DNA of 64,000 bases from Methanocaldococcus sp. 28A (GTDB lineage: Archaea > AGJL01 > Methanococci > Methanococcales > Methanocaldococcaceae). Positions 45,381 to 57,021 of this stretch are shown piece by piece. Within the stretch, counting starts at the first letter, position 1, and each line of letters starts with the position of its first letter. The stretch lies in assembly GCA_049852185.1 (NCBI GenBank), contig CP187540.1; one strand, given 5' to 3'. The position numbers and the translations under genes were made by a program. The notes beneath the pieces were generated by a model. That model was not told the DNA's origin, ran no database searches, and saw only the letters and a list, made by a program, of their open reading frames with translations.

Positions 45381-45543
45381 ATTTTTCCCTTTTAAACTTT
45401 TAAAAGACTAATCAGTGACTCAAATTCTAATTAATAAGTATCATTTTAAATTACTTTGAAGCATATAGTTTCATATATTAGAAAATATTATGCAATAATA
45501 TTTAATTAATATTTTATATTATATTTTACTGCAAAAGTTCTAT

Positions 45544-45756
45544 TTAAGATACAGTGCTTAGTGTGTTCTCAGCTACTTTAGAACTTTGATTTATAACCAC
45601 TATATTAGCTTTTTTCGTTTCAATTGCTGTTGATATTAAATAATATCCAACTATCAATGCCGAAAGTATAACTACCATAACAAGCATAGAAAACTCGAGA
45701 GATATTTGTCCTTCATTAGATTTTATAAATTTTTTTATAAATTTCATTGCTATCAC
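45544..45756 (-). CDS. Class III signal peptide protein (archaeal pilin-like)
   Basis: GQISLEF followed by a hydrophobic helix. Confidence 0.85.
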   Translation of the reverse strand: MIAMKFIKKFIKSNEGQISLEFSMLVMVVILSALIVGYYLISTAIETKKANIVVINQSSKVAENTLSTVS

Positions 45757-45839
45757 ATAAATAGCGTTTTTTGTTAATAATTTATTATTAATTTATTATT
45801 GTTGGTAATGTTATTTATAATTTCATATGGTGGTTTATA

Positions 45840-48260
45840 ATGCTTATCATTAGGAAACCAAAAAAGAAGAAGGATGAGATTGAAATAGTTAAGGTTGAAG
45901 GAAAAATAGAAGATGGTATAGAGATTAAGAATAACCAAAAAATATTTGCCAACTATAAAAAAGTTGGTGATAAATACAAGCTATATAGGTGTAGAGTTGG
46001 GGATAAGTTAATTCAGCCATCTAAGGTTTTAGATATATTAAAATCTGATAAAATATTCATATTAAAGGAAAATGAAGATGTAGAAGATGTTTTAAAATCC
46101 TACAATTTAAAGTTTAATTACATAGAACTTTGTCCATTTTGCTTATTAAAAAATATTTACAAAAGATTAACAAGAAATAATAGATGTAGGTATGGAAATT
46201 TAGAAATCTGTATAAGTTGTGGGGTTAATGAAATTAAAGAAGAAGTTAAAATTAATGAAGAATTTATAGAAAAATTTTTAAAAAGATTTAAAGATGTTGA
46301 TAAAGTTCTATCTTTGTTAAGAATAAGAAATCCATTAGATAAACCAGAATTAACAAGATATGATATTATAACTGGTAGTGAAGAGGATAAAATTGAAAAT
46401 TATAAAATAGACGAGCTAAATATTCCAAAAGAGCTTAAAGAGATAATAAAAAGTAGAAATATTTATGAGCTTTTGCCAGTTCAAACATTGGCTGTTAAAG
46501 CGGGTCTATTAAAAGGGGAGGATTTATTAATTGTCTCAGCTACTTCTTCAGGAAAAACTTTAATTGGTGAATTAGCAGGAATTAAAAATTTAATTGAAGG
46601 AAAAGGAAAATTTCTATTTTTAGTTCCTTTAGTGGCTTTAGCTAATCAAAAATACTTAGAATTTAAAGAAAGATATGAAAAATTAGGGTTAAAAGTTAGT
46701 TTAAGGGTAGGGTTAGGAAGGATTGGAAAGAAATGTGATGTTGATACATCATTAGATGCCGATATTATAGTTGGGACTTATGAAGGAATTGATTATTTAA
46801 TTAGGACTAAAAGATTAAAGGATATTGGAACAGTAGTTATTGATGAAATCCACTCTTTAAATTTAGAGGAAAGAGGGGCGAGATTGGATGGTTTAATTGG
46901 TAGGTTGAGATTTTTATTTAAAGATGCCCAAAAAATATATTTATCAGCAACAATTGGAAATCCAAAGGAGTTGGCTAAGCAATTAAATGCCAAATTAGTT
47001 TTATACAATGGAAGACCTGTTCCATTAGAACGACATCTAATATTTTGTAAAAATGACTTTGTTAAGCTAAATATTATCAAAGAAATTGTTAAAAGAGAGT
47101 GGCAGAGCATTTCAAAATTTGGATATAGGGGGCAGTGCTTAATTTTCACTTACTCAAGAAAGAGAGCAGAGCATTTAGCTAAAGCTTTGAAATCTAAGGG
47201 GATAAAAGCAGAATTTTATCATGGAGGTATGGAATATATAAGGAGGAGGAAAGTTGAAGATGATTTTGCAAATCAAAAAATTCAGTGTGTTGTTACAACT
47301 TCAGCGTTATCTGCAGGGGTTGATTTTCCAGCATCTACTGTTATTTTAGAAAGCTTAGCTATGGGAGCGGATTGGCTAACTCCTGCTGAATTCCAGCAAA
47401 TGTGTGGAAGGGCTGGAAGAAAGGGAATGCATGAAATTGGAAAAGTTTATCTTTTGGTAGAAATAGGAAAGAAGTATCATGCAAAGATGGAAAATACTGA
47501 GGATGAAATTGCTTTTAAATTATTGAATGCAGTTCCTGAAGATGTTAAGGTTGAATATAGTGAAGATGAAGAAGAAGAGCAGATATTGGCAACAATTTCA
47601 GCAGGAATAACTAATAGATATGATATTGATAGAGTGCCATATATTGGAAGGGCATTTTCTTTAAACAAAATTTTAGGGAATTTGGAGAGTTATGGGATGA
47701 TAAAAGTTAATAATGATGTGAAATTAACAAATTATGGAAAGGCTGTTGCAATCTCATTCTTATATCCAAAGATTGCTGAAAAAATTAGAGAAGGAATTGC
47801 AGAAAATAAACACATCATTAAATTAATCACAGAGATTATGCCATTTGAAAACGTTTATCTTTCAAATAATCTAAAGATGAAACTTTCAAAAATTTTGAAT
47901 ATTAATGTCCCTTCAAGGTTCTTTGATGCATTGGAAGTTATTAGGGAGGGGATGGAAAAAATTAGAGATAAAAAGTTAAAAGATGAATTAACAATAATTA
48001 TTATGGAATTTGAGGGTGTTGAAGTTGAGGAGAAGATTTTAGAGATGATTATTAATCTAAGAATCTCAGGAAAAACTCCTGGGCAAATTTCAAAAACATT
48101 ATATGAAGAGTTTAAAATTCAAACTTACACTGGAGATATCTACTATTACTTAGAACAGTTATTAAACCTTTTAGATGCTATAGAAAGAATTGCGAGAATA
48201 TTTAATAAGAAATATGCTGAAAAAGTTAATGAACTAAAAGAAAAAATAGAAAATCCTTAA
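45840..48260 (+). CDS. Archaeal Ski2-like DExH helicase (ASH-Ski2 type)
   Basis: ATSSGKT, DEIH, SAT, GRAGR; N-terminal Zn domain. Confidence 0.88.
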   Translation: MLIIRKPKKKKDEIEIVKVEGKIEDGIEIKNNQKIFANYKKVGDKYKLYRCRVGDKLIQPSKVLDILKSDKIFILKENEDVEDVLKSYNLKFNYIELCPFCLLKNIYKRLTRNNRCRYGNLEICISCGVNEIKEEVKINEEFIEKFLKRFKDVDKVLSLLRIRNPLDKPELTRYDIITGSEEDKIENYKIDELNIPKELKEIIKSRNIYELLPVQTLAVKAGLLKGEDLLIVSATSSGKTLIGELAGIKNLIEGKGKFLFLVPLVALANQKYLEFKERYEKLGLKVSLRVGLGRIGKKCDVDTSLDADIIVGTYEGIDYLIRTKRLKDIGTVVIDEIHSLNLEERGARLDGLIGRLRFLFKDAQKIYLSATIGNPKELAKQLNAKLVLYNGRPVPLERHLIFCKNDFVKLNIIKEIVKREWQSISKFGYRGQCLIFTYSRKRAEHLAKALKSKGIKAEFYHGGMEYIRRRKVEDDFANQKIQCVVTTSALSAGVDFPASTVILESLAMGADWLTPAEFQQMCGRAGRKGMHEIGKVYLLVEIGKKYHAKMENTEDEIAFKLLNAVPEDVKVEYSEDEEEEQILATISAGITNRYDIDRVPYIGRAFSLNKILGNLESYGMIKVNNDVKLTNYGKAVAISFLYPKIAEKIREGIAENKHIIKLITEIMPFENVYLSNNLKMKLSKILNINVPSRFFDALEVIREGMEKIRDKKLKDELTIIIMEFEGVEVEEKILEMIINLRISGKTPGQISKTLYEEFKIQTYTGDIYYYLEQLLNLLDAIERIARIFNKKYAEKVNELKEKIENP

Positions 48261-48277
48261 TAAATTTAATTAAACAA

Positions 48278-49324
48278 ATGAAGAATTCTTGTGAAACCAT
48301 GGAGACGTCAAAAAAGGTAGTAATTGTTATACTTCTTACTATTACATTAATTTTAACTTATGCCTACTTAATAAGTAGAATTGAAGGAGTTGATTACTTC
48401 ACTGCATTATATTTTAGTGTTGTTACAATAACAACAACGGGTTATGGAGATTTTACTCCAAAAACATTTATAGGGAGGGTATTAACTATAATTTATTTAT
48501 GTATAGGTGTAGGAATAGTGATGTATCTTTTTAGCTTAATAGCGGAGTTTATTATTGAAGGTAAATTTGAGGAAATTATGAGGTTGAAAAGAATGAAACA
48601 CAAAATTAAAACTCTAAAAGACCATTATATTATTTGTGGTTATGGAAAATTAGGGAAAGTTGTGGGGGAGAAATTTATTCAAGAAGGAGTTCCGTTTATA
48701 GCTATAGATATTAATGAAGATATTTTAAAGGAAGAGTATGAAAAATATCCAGATAAGTTTTTATACATAGTGGGGGATGCCAAAAAAGATGAAGTACTGA
48801 AAAAAGCAAAAATTGATAAGGCAAGGGGATTAATTGCCACTTTACCAAGTGATGCTGATAATGTGTTTGTTACATTAACTGCAAGAGGCTTAAATCCAAA
48901 TATTTTAATTACTGCTAAAGCGGATGAGAAAGAAGCTATAAGAAAATTAAAAATAGCAGGGGCTAATAGAGTAGTTTCTCCTTATTTAATTGGAGGATTA
49001 AGAATGGCTGAAGTTTCTGTCAGACCAGGGGTTTTAGATTTTCTAAGTACATTTATTAAAGTAGCTAAGGATGAATATGAGGAGGATATTGAGTTAAAAA
49101 AATTTGTTATTGAAAAAGATTCTGAATTGGCATATAATAGCTTAAAACAGGCAAATATTAGAGGAAAAACAGGAGCTACTATTTTGGGAATAAAGAGAGG
49201 AAATGAATTTTATATAAACCCTTGTCCAGAATTTATTATAAAACCTGGTGATATAATATATGCGTTTGGAACTGAAGAGAACTTAAAATATTTAGAAAAT
49301 CTTGTAAAAAAGAAGAAAAAATAA
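48278..49324 (+). CDS. RCK-gated potassium channel (MjK2-like)
   Basis: TTGYGD filter and RCK domains. Confidence 0.9.
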   Translation: MKNSCETMETSKKVVIVILLTITLILTYAYLISRIEGVDYFTALYFSVVTITTTGYGDFTPKTFIGRVLTIIYLCIGVGIVMYLFSLIAEFIIEGKFEEIMRLKRMKHKIKTLKDHYIICGYGKLGKVVGEKFIQEGVPFIAIDINEDILKEEYEKYPDKFLYIVGDAKKDEVLKKAKIDKARGLIATLPSDADNVFVTLTARGLNPNILITAKADEKEAIRKLKIAGANRVVSPYLIGGLRMAEVSVRPGVLDFLSTFIKVAKDEYEEDIELKKFVIEKDSELAYNSLKQANIRGKTGATILGIKRGNEFYINPCPEFIIKPGDIIYAFGTEENLKYLENLVKKKKK

Positions 49325-49333
49325 ATAATATTA

Positions 49334-51022
49334 TTAAAGTTTCATATATGCCTCTACCAATTTGACTCCTGCATCTGTCAGTCCTTTTTTACCAATTAAA
49401 CCAACATTTCTCAATATAACCAAATTCTTTTTAATCTCTTCATTTGTTAATGATAGATATTTGGCTAATAATTCAATTTCATCCTCTTTTTTCTCCTTCC
49501 AAACCTTATCAAACTCTTCTTTGTGCTCATAAATTGTTTTTAATATATTGAATGTTGTTGAGGTTACTGCAAACTTTGTAGCCAACAACTCTTGAATTTT
49601 TGCCATCTCTATAGCATCTTTTATATCTTCTCCTAACTCTGTTAATTTAATCATTTTATTTTGTAACTCTTTAATAAATCCTTTTGATTCTGCCTCATTT
49701 AAAGCTTTAATAATTTCTTTCTCATCTCCACCAACATGCTCTTGGATTAATTTAACTAACTCATCTCTGTGAATGTATCTCTTCCTTGGAATCTTAATGA
49801 GAGTTGAGATATCATATTTTGTTAGGTATGGCTTTCTTTTAATTGTTTTTGATAATTTTATTAAGTATTTACCTTTTTCTGTTATTCCTCTATTTACTGT
49901 TCCTTCTTCTTTACCTTTAATTACCCATTCAGCAATTGGAACGTCCCCACTTTCTGGATATGTTATAGCTTTCATTCCATCTGTTGATACTTCTCCAAGC
50001 TCTTTAACTTTTTCTCCAAACTCTGTCATCCAATAGGTATCTTTATTTTTAATAACTTCTCTCTTTATCAATTCTTTTGATTCAAGAGTATGCAATATAG
50101 CTCCTAAATCATCAATATTTGTTCTCTTTTTAATCTCATTGTATGTTGGAAGAATCTCTGGATTAGTTTCATACTTTTCTTTAATTTCCTCAATAGCCTT
50201 CAAAACTTTAATTTCATCATCTAAGATATAGATAGGAAGAGTTTTCTCTTCAACTTTACCTATCTCCTTATATGTGTCCATCATAGCTTGCCCTAATTCA
50301 GTAACTTTTCCTTCATCATAGAAACCGCTTTCTGTCATCTCTTCAGTAGTTTCTCCTCTCTCTAAAATCTTAAAGTCTTCATTTCTCAATATCAATGCTC
50401 TACTTAGATTTGGAACTAATGATACTACTTTTAAAGCATAATTTAACGCTTTAGTTGTAGTAAATGCCTTACCTACTGTTTTTGGTGAGATTAAAAGTAA
50501 TCTCATAGCTTGAAGAGCATTAATTATATTGTCTCCATATTCTTTACTATTTTTATATGCTATTAGCTCATCATAAACCCCTATCTTTGGCATATCTTTT
50601 ATAAATGCCAATATCTCAGGAGTTAGATAAACTACTGGATGAGTCTCCTTATATATTTTCAAAATCTCTTTTCCAATATCTGTTAATCCATTCTCGTCTG
50701 CTAAGAATCTCTCTTTTAACATTACCATCCATTCATCTGGGATATTTCCTGTTTTATCTAACAATTCCATAATTTTTATGATTTCAGTATCTACAAACAC
50801 ATCTGGAATTTTTTCTAAATCAATTTTATCAACAATTTCCATTAATCTTTTTCCAGCTTCAGTAAATAATATCTTGTTATCTTTTAATTCTGCAAATCCT
50901 AATATAAATAACTCTAAAGCTCTTGTTTTAAATTCTTCTGGAAGAGATTTTTCTATTTCATTTTGCAGTTCAGTCTCTTTCATCTTTTTTAATATTTCTA
51001 AGTGTCTCTTTTTTAGGAACAA
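49334..51022 (-). CDS. DUF505-like protein with repeated winged-helix units
   Basis: Recurrent LTE.G wing motifs. Confidence 0.7.
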   Translation of the reverse strand: MFLKKRHLEILKKMKETELQNEIEKSLPEEFKTRALELFILGFAELKDNKILFTEAGKRLMEIVDKIDLEKIPDVFVDTEIIKIMELLDKTGNIPDEWMVMLKERFLADENGLTDIGKEILKIYKETHPVVYLTPEILAFIKDMPKIGVYDELIAYKNSKEYGDNIINALQAMRLLLISPKTVGKAFTTTKALNYALKVVSLVPNLSRALILRNEDFKILERGETTEEMTESGFYDEGKVTELGQAMMDTYKEIGKVEEKTLPIYILDDEIKVLKAIEEIKEKYETNPEILPTYNEIKKRTNIDDLGAILHTLESKELIKREVIKNKDTYWMTEFGEKVKELGEVSTDGMKAITYPESGDVPIAEWVIKGKEEGTVNRGITEKGKYLIKLSKTIKRKPYLTKYDISTLIKIPRKRYIHRDELVKLIQEHVGGDEKEIIKALNEAESKGFIKELQNKMIKLTELGEDIKDAIEMAKIQELLATKFAVTSTTFNILKTIYEHKEEFDKVWKEKKEDEIELLAKYLSLTNEEIKKNLVILRNVGLIGKKGLTDAGVKLVEAYMKL

Positions 51023-51197
51023 TATTTCACCTCTACAATTCTTATATTTTTAAATTATGTTCATTTTTTATTACTTAAAGTTCTTAATTTTTTATGTTAT
51101 TTTTTATGTTTATGAAGTTCTATAAAAACTTATCTATAATTAATTAATTTAAATAATAAAAAATTTGCAAAATTTATAAAAATAAAAAATAAAAATA

Positions 51198-51305
51198 TAG
51201 TTGTGTGCAAAATAAAATAAACTTTTATAATGGCAATTTGAATGCCTTCCTTATGGAGTATTCATTATTACCTTATTTTATTTAAGATAGTTTTACACAC
51301 AACTA
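51198..51305. mobile_element. Family A MITE-like element
   Basis: TIRs (1 mismatch), TA flanks. Confidence 0.88.
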
Positions 51306-51431
51306 TAAAAGTTGCTAAAATCTGAAAAGGACATAACTGTTGAAGGATGCTAATAATCAATTTTAAATTAAAATTTAAAAATTTTAGTTAAAAATGGCTC
51401 TATTTTATTGAATTATTTATGTCATAGCACC

Positions 51432-51466
51432 CGCCACCCTGCGAACCTTTTTAGGAGCAGGTGGCG
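51432..51466 (+). ncRNA. Archaeal SECIS element in the fdhA 5' UTR
   Basis: CGCCACCCTGC-GAA-CCT-TTTT-AGG-A-GCAGGTGGCG: GAA/A internal loop on a GC stem. Confidence 0.88.
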
Positions 51467-51507
51467 AAAAAAGACCCGAAGCATGCACTAAAATATAAGG
51501 TGAAACC

Positions 51508-53538
51508 ATGAAATTTAAGATTGTAAATACTATATGCCCTTATTGTGGTGTTGGTTGTGGTTTAGGTTTAATAGTTAAAAATAATAGAGTTGTTGGCGTT
51601 CATCCTAACAAAAGGCATCCAATAAACGAAGGAAAGTTGTGTGCTAAAGGAAATTATTGTTATCAATTTATACATAGCAAGGATAGATTAACAAAGCCAT
51701 TGATAAAAAAAGAAAGTGGTTTTTCTGAAATATCTTGGAATAAAGCACTAAACATAATAGCTGAATATTTAAAGGATTATAGAGATGAAATTGGCTTTTT
51801 CTCATCTGCAAGATGCACAAATGAAGACAACTACATTTTACAAAAATTTGCAAGAGTTGTTTTAAAGACAAACAATATTGACCATTGTGCAAGGCTTTGA
51901 CACTCAGCAACTGTTACTGGAATGAGTGCATGCTTTGGGTCTGGTGCTATGACAAACACTATAGGAGATATAGAAAAAGCAGATTGCATTTTGATAATTG
52001 GCTCTAATACCTTTGAACAACATCCATTAATTGCAAGAAGAATAATGATAGCTAAAGATAAAGGGGCGAATATTATTGTTATTGACCCAAGAAAAACAAT
52101 GACTGCAAAAAACTCTGATATATATCTTCAAATAATTCCTGGGACAAATGTGGCTTTAATAAATGCCATGATTCATGTAATTATAAAAGAAGGATTGATA
52201 GATGAAGAATTTATAAAAAATAGAACTGAAAACTTTGAGAAATTAAAAGAGGTCGTTGAAAAATATAATCCAGACTATGCCTCAAAAATATGCGGAGTTG
52301 ATAAAGAGCTAATAATTGAGAGTGCCAAAATTTATGGAAATGCTGAGAAGGCATCTATAATATACTGTATGGGAGTTACTCAATTTACACATGGTGTTGA
52401 TGCTGTTAAAGCATTATGCAATTTAGCTATGATAACAGGAAATATTGGTAAAGAAGGAGCTGGAGTTAATCCATTAAGAGGACAGAATAACGTCCAAGGA
52501 GCTTGTGATATGGGAGCTTTGCCAAATGTATTTCCCGGCTATCAGAAAGTTGAAGATAGCTATAAATTATTTGAAGAGTCTTGGAGAACTGATTTAAATC
52601 CAAATCCTGGTTTAACTATACCAGAAATGATTGAAAAGGCTGGAAGAGAAATTAAATCTTTATATATTGTTGGAGAGAATCCTATGGTCTCAGACCCAGA
52701 TGTTAAGCATGTTGAAAAGGCATTAAAAAGATTAGATTTTTTAGTAGTTCAGGATATATTCTTAACTGAAACTGCAGAATTGGCAGATGTGGTGTTGCCA
52801 GCTGCATGTTGGGCAGAGAAAGATGGGACATTTACAAATACTGATAGAAGAGTTCAATTAATAAGAAAAGCTATAAATCCACCAGGAAAAGCTTTAGAAG
52901 ATTGGATAATAATTAAAAAATTGGCTGAAAAACTTGATTATAAAGATAAATTTAACTATAGTAGGGCTGAAGACATATTCAATGAGATTAGAATAACTGT
53001 CCCACAATATAGAGGAATAACTTATAAGAGATTAAAAGCTGGAGGAATTCACTGGCCTTGTTTGGATGAAAATGATGTAGGAACAAAAATTTTATATAAA
53101 GATAGATTTTTAACAGATAATGGTAGAGGAAAAATATTCCCTGTTGAGTATAGAGAAATAGCTGAATTACCTGATAAAGATTATCCATTCATCTTAACCA
53201 CAGGTAGGATTATTTTTCATTACCATACAGGAACAATGACAAGAAGAAGTAGAAATTTAGTTGAAGAGATTAATGAGCCATTTATTGAAATAAATCCAGA
53301 GGATGCTAAGTCACTAAACATTAAAGATGGAGATTTAATAAAGGTTAGTTCAAGAAGAGGAAAGTTAATTGTAAAAGCAAAAATTACTAAAGACCTCAAA
53401 AAAGGAGTAGTATTTATGCCATTCCACTTTGTTGAAGCAAATCCTAATTTATTGACTAATACTTCATTAGATGAGCTATGTAAGATTCCAGAGCTTAAAG
53501 CATGTGCTGTAAAGATTGAAAAAATTAATTTATATTAA
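51508..53538 (+). CDS. fdhA: Formate dehydrogenase alpha subunit, selenoprotein (UGA at 51898-51900 = Sec131; 676 aa)
   Basis: The two track ORFs are in frame: CARL-U-HSAT active-site motif, CPYCGVGC Fe-S, RGQNNVQG. Confidence 0.95.
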
Positions 53539-53599
53539 TTTATTAAAAATTTATATACTACTAATAGGAAATATATTTCCTATTAATATAGGTGAGAAA

Positions 53600-54361
53600 A
53601 TGGAAGAGATTGTTAAAAAAATAACGAATTTTATCAAAGAGAAGGTTGAGGAAGCAAAGGCTAATGGAGTTGTAGTTGGATTGAGTGGTGGTATTGATTC
53701 TTCAGTTACTGCCTATCTATGCGTTAAAGCCCTTGGAAAAGATAAGGTTCTTGGAATAATAATGCCAGAGAAAAACACTAATCCAAGAGATGTTGAACAT
53801 GCAAAGATGGTTGCTGAGCGTTTAGGAATAAGATATATTATCTCAGATATAACTGATATTTTAAAAGCATTTGGAGCTGGAGGTTATGTTCCAACAAAAG
53901 AATTTGATAAAATAGCTGATGGAAATTTAAAAGCAAGAATTAGAATGTGTATTCTCTACTACTTTGCAAACAAATACAATTTATTAGTTGCAGGAACTTC
54001 TAATAAATCAGAAATTTATGTTGGTTATGGTACAAAACATGGGGATATTGCTTGTGATATAAGACCAATAGGTAATTTGTTTAAAACAGAGGTTAGAGAG
54101 CTTGCTAAATATCTTGGTATTCCAAAAGAGATTATTGAAAAACCTCCATCAGCTGGGCTTTGGGAAGGGCAAACTGATGAGGGAGAGCTTGGCATAAAAT
54201 ATGAAACTTTAGATAAAATACTGAAATTGTATGAAGAAGGCAAATCTGCAGAAGAAATTTCTAAAGAGCTAAATATTTCAATAGAGTGTGTTAAATATGT
54301 ATTTGATTTAATTAAAAAGAGTGAGCATAAAAGAACTCTTCCTCCAACACCAGAGATTTAA
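53600..54361 (+). CDS. nadE: NH3-dependent NAD+ synthetase
   Basis: SGGIDS, NLKARIRM, GYGTKHGD, PSAGLW; start moved to the ATG after GGTGA. Confidence 0.95.
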   Translation: MEEIVKKITNFIKEKVEEAKANGVVVGLSGGIDSSVTAYLCVKALGKDKVLGIIMPEKNTNPRDVEHAKMVAERLGIRYIISDITDILKAFGAGGYVPTKEFDKIADGNLKARIRMCILYYFANKYNLLVAGTSNKSEIYVGYGTKHGDIACDIRPIGNLFKTEVRELAKYLGIPKEIIEKPPSAGLWEGQTDEGELGIKYETLDKILKLYEEGKSAEEISKELNISIECVKYVFDLIKKSEHKRTLPPTPEI

Positions 54362-54452
54362 TAAAATAAATAAAATTAAATAAAATTTTAATTAAATATT
54401 TTGACAGTAAATTTGAAATGTAAAATGAGAAAATATCATGATTACCATTTAT

Positions 54453-54530
54453 TGTTGCTAAGAAACTCTGCTTTAGGGCGGTGATGAATTCTGATAAAAT
54501 CTTGAAGCAAGGAGACAGGGTGGTGGGTTG
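54453..54530 (+). mobile_element. Solo left-end remnant of the IS200/IS605 element
   Basis: TGTTGCTAAGAAA..TTTAGGGCGGTGATGAATT matches the LE at 63404-63444 (minus); also preceded by TTTAT. Confidence 0.75.
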
Positions 54531-54618
54531 GTAATTTATATTTTTTTATATCTTTTTTATTACTTATAGATACGAAATATTTTTAGAGTACTACTACACA
54601 AATTTGGTGAGGGATAGG

Positions 54619-55485
54619 ATGATTTTATTGGATGAAGATACAAGAGCAATAGTTCAAGGAATTACTGGAAAACAGGGTAGTTTTCACACAAAGAAGATGT
54701 TAGAATGTGGGACAAAAATTGTTGGAGGCGTTACACCAGGAAAAGGTGGGCAGAAGGTTTATGGAGTGCCTGTTTTTGATACAGTTAAAGAGGCAGTTGA
54801 AGAAACAGATGCAAACGCATCAGTAATTTTTGTTCCAGCCCCATTTGCTAAGGATGCTGTTTTTGAGGCAATAGATGCAGGAATTGATTTAATTGTTGTT
54901 ATTACTGAACATATTCCAGTTCATGATACAATGGAATTTATAAACTATGCTGAAGATATAGGTGTTAAAATTATTGGTCCTAATACCCCAGGAATAGCCT
55001 CACCAAAAGTAGGTAAATTGGGAATTATACCAATGGACGTTTTAAAGGAAGGTAATATAGGAATAGTTTCAAGAAGTGGGACTTTAACTTATGAAATAGC
55101 TCACCAAATAAAAAATGCAGGATTTGGTGTCTCAACTTGTGTAGGAATTGGAGGAGACCCAATAACTGGAATTAGATACAAAGAAGTTTTAGATTTATTT
55201 GAAAAGGATGATGAGACTGAAGCTATTGTTATGATTGGAGAGATTGGAGGAGGAGCTGAAGAAGAGGCTGCTAAATTTATAGAAAAGATGAAAAAGCCAG
55301 TAATTGGTTATATTGCTGGTCAGTCAGCTCCAGAAGGAAAGAGAATGGGGCATGCTGGAGCTATAGTTGAAAAAGGAAAGGGTACTGCTGAAAGTAAGAT
55401 GAAAGCTTTAGAAGCGGCTGGGGCTTATGTGGCAAGAAATATATCTGATATTCCAAAGTTATTGGCAGAGATTTTAATAGAGTAA
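54619..55485 (+). CDS. sucD: Succinyl-CoA synthetase alpha subunit
   Basis: [26 protein letters not shown]. Confidence 0.96.
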   Translation: MILLDEDTRAIVQGITGKQGSFHTKKMLECGTKIVGGVTPGKGGQKVYGVPVFDTVKEAVEETDANASVIFVPAPFAKDAVFEAIDAGIDLIVVITEHIPVHDTMEFINYAEDIGVKIIGPNTPGIASPKVGKLGIIPMDVLKEGNIGIVSRSGTLTYEIAHQIKNAGFGVSTCVGIGGDPITGIRYKEVLDLFEKDDETEAIVMIGEIGGGAEEEAAKFIEKMKKPVIGYIAGQSAPEGKRMGHAGAIVEKGKGTAESKMKALEAAGAYVARNISDIPKLLAEILIE

Positions 55486-55498
55486 TGAAGTTTTATTA

Positions 55499-55555
55499 TA
55501 GTTGTGTGCAAAACTATCTTAAATAATAAAAGTTTATTTTATTTGCACACAACTA
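55499..55555. mobile_element. Minimal family A element (57 bp)
   Basis: TIRs and TA flanks with most of the interior deleted. Confidence 0.85.
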
Positions 55556-55789
55556 TAAATAGGGCAATTGTTAAAATTTCTTAATTTTTTTAATTTTTTA
55601 AGGATATATTAACTGCTGCCATTGGCTTCAAAGTTTTCATTGCCCCATATATAACAGTATCTACGAATATGCATTAGACATGCACTACAGGATATTATAC
55701 ATAACCACATTTAAATAATCGAATTTATTTAATAAATTAGTAATATTGGCGATGAAGAATTTTAAAGAAATACATTCTTTTTTATTTTA

Positions 55790-55950
55790 TTTTAATTCAA
55801 AAGTTATGAATAACGCATCTAAGCATAAAAAGTAACAACCTAACTTTTATAGAGGTTGATTTCGTTTTTATAACTGAATCTTTAAGCAATCTAAACCTTG
55901 TTTCTATGTTTCATCGTTTTTTATACATTTTTATATTTATATAAGATTCT
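55790..55950 (-). pseudogene. Decayed ISH3/IS4-type transposase C-terminal fragment
   Basis: MYKKR*NIETRFRLLKDSVIKTKSTSIKVRLLLFMLRCVIHNF*: YxxRWxIE motif with W codons turned to TGA. Confidence 0.7.
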
Positions 55951-56209
55951 TGATTTTCAAAGTTATAGTTCAATCCCCTTCTATTTTTTTAATAACTATT
56001 CGATATTATAAAATATTAACTTTTCTATTTATTTTATGATGTTCGGAGATACTGTTATTTAATTATATTTAATTAATCATACTATAATTTCATACTATAA
56101 TTTATTGTAATATTTGAACTTTTTTGTTCTTTGTCAGTTATATTTATATAGTATTTATATTAAAAATTATGAAAACTTTTTAAATAGGACTTTATTAATA
56201 GAGGTGAAT

Positions 56210-56920
56210 ATGATGGTAGAAAAAGGAAAAATGGTAAAAATTAGTTATGATGGATACGTAGATGGAAAACTCTTTGACACAACTAACGAAGAATTAGCTA
56301 AAAAAGAAGGAATTTATAATCCTGCAATAGTTTATGGTCCTGTCGCTATTTTTGCTGGAGAAGGACAAGTGTTACCAGGATTAGATGAAGTTATATTAGA
56401 GATGGATATTGGTGAAGAGAGAGAAGTTGTTTTACCTCCAGAAAAGGCATTTGGTAAGAGAGACCCATCAAAAATAAAATTAGTTCCATTATCAGAATTT
56501 AAAAAAAGAGGAATTAAGCCAATAGTAGGATTACCTATAACAATTGATGGAATGCCAGGAAAAATTGTTAGCATAAACAGTGGAAGAGTTTTAGTTGATT
56601 TTAACCATGAATTCGCAGGAAAAGAGGTAAAATATAGAATAAAAGTTGAAGAAATTGTTGAAGATAAAAAAGATATGATAAAAGAAATTGTAAAAATATA
56701 TGTTCCAAGATTAAATGATGTAAAAGTAACAATAATAAATGGAACAGTTAAAATAGAACTGCCAGAATTTGCTCCATTCATACCAAACATCCAAACAGCT
56801 AAGATGGCGATTGCCAACGAAATATTGAAAAGATTAGATGATGTTGAAAAAGTTATATTTGTTGAAACATTCGAAAGAAAAAAAGAGAAAGAAGAAAAAA
56901 CTGAAGAAAATAATAAATAA
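56210..56920 (+). CDS. Long-type FKBP peptidyl-prolyl isomerase
   Basis: [21 protein letters not shown]; start moved to the ATG after GAGGTGA. Confidence 0.92.
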   Translation: MMVEKGKMVKISYDGYVDGKLFDTTNEELAKKEGIYNPAIVYGPVAIFAGEGQVLPGLDEVILEMDIGEEREVVLPPEKAFGKRDPSKIKLVPLSEFKKRGIKPIVGLPITIDGMPGKIVSINSGRVLVDFNHEFAGKEVKYRIKVEEIVEDKKDMIKEIVKIYVPRLNDVKVTIINGTVKIELPEFAPFIPNIQTAKMAIANEILKRLDDVEKVIFVETFERKKEKEEKTEENNK

Positions 56921-57021
56921 ATTTCTATATTCTAATTAATTTAAATTCATTACGTAGCTTTTTTATAATTAATCATCCATATCTTTTTTTAGATTCTCTA
57001 AATTTTTAGTAGTGAATAATT

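Noticed and set aside
51508-51900. Apparent fdhA pseudogene split into two ORFs
   Set aside because: The in-frame UGA is at the Sec position and a SECIS is present.
55590-55710. Cys-containing minus-strand fragments with AAVNI, vaguely like a TnpB tail
   Set aside because: Motifs fall in different frames and cannot be assembled convincingly.
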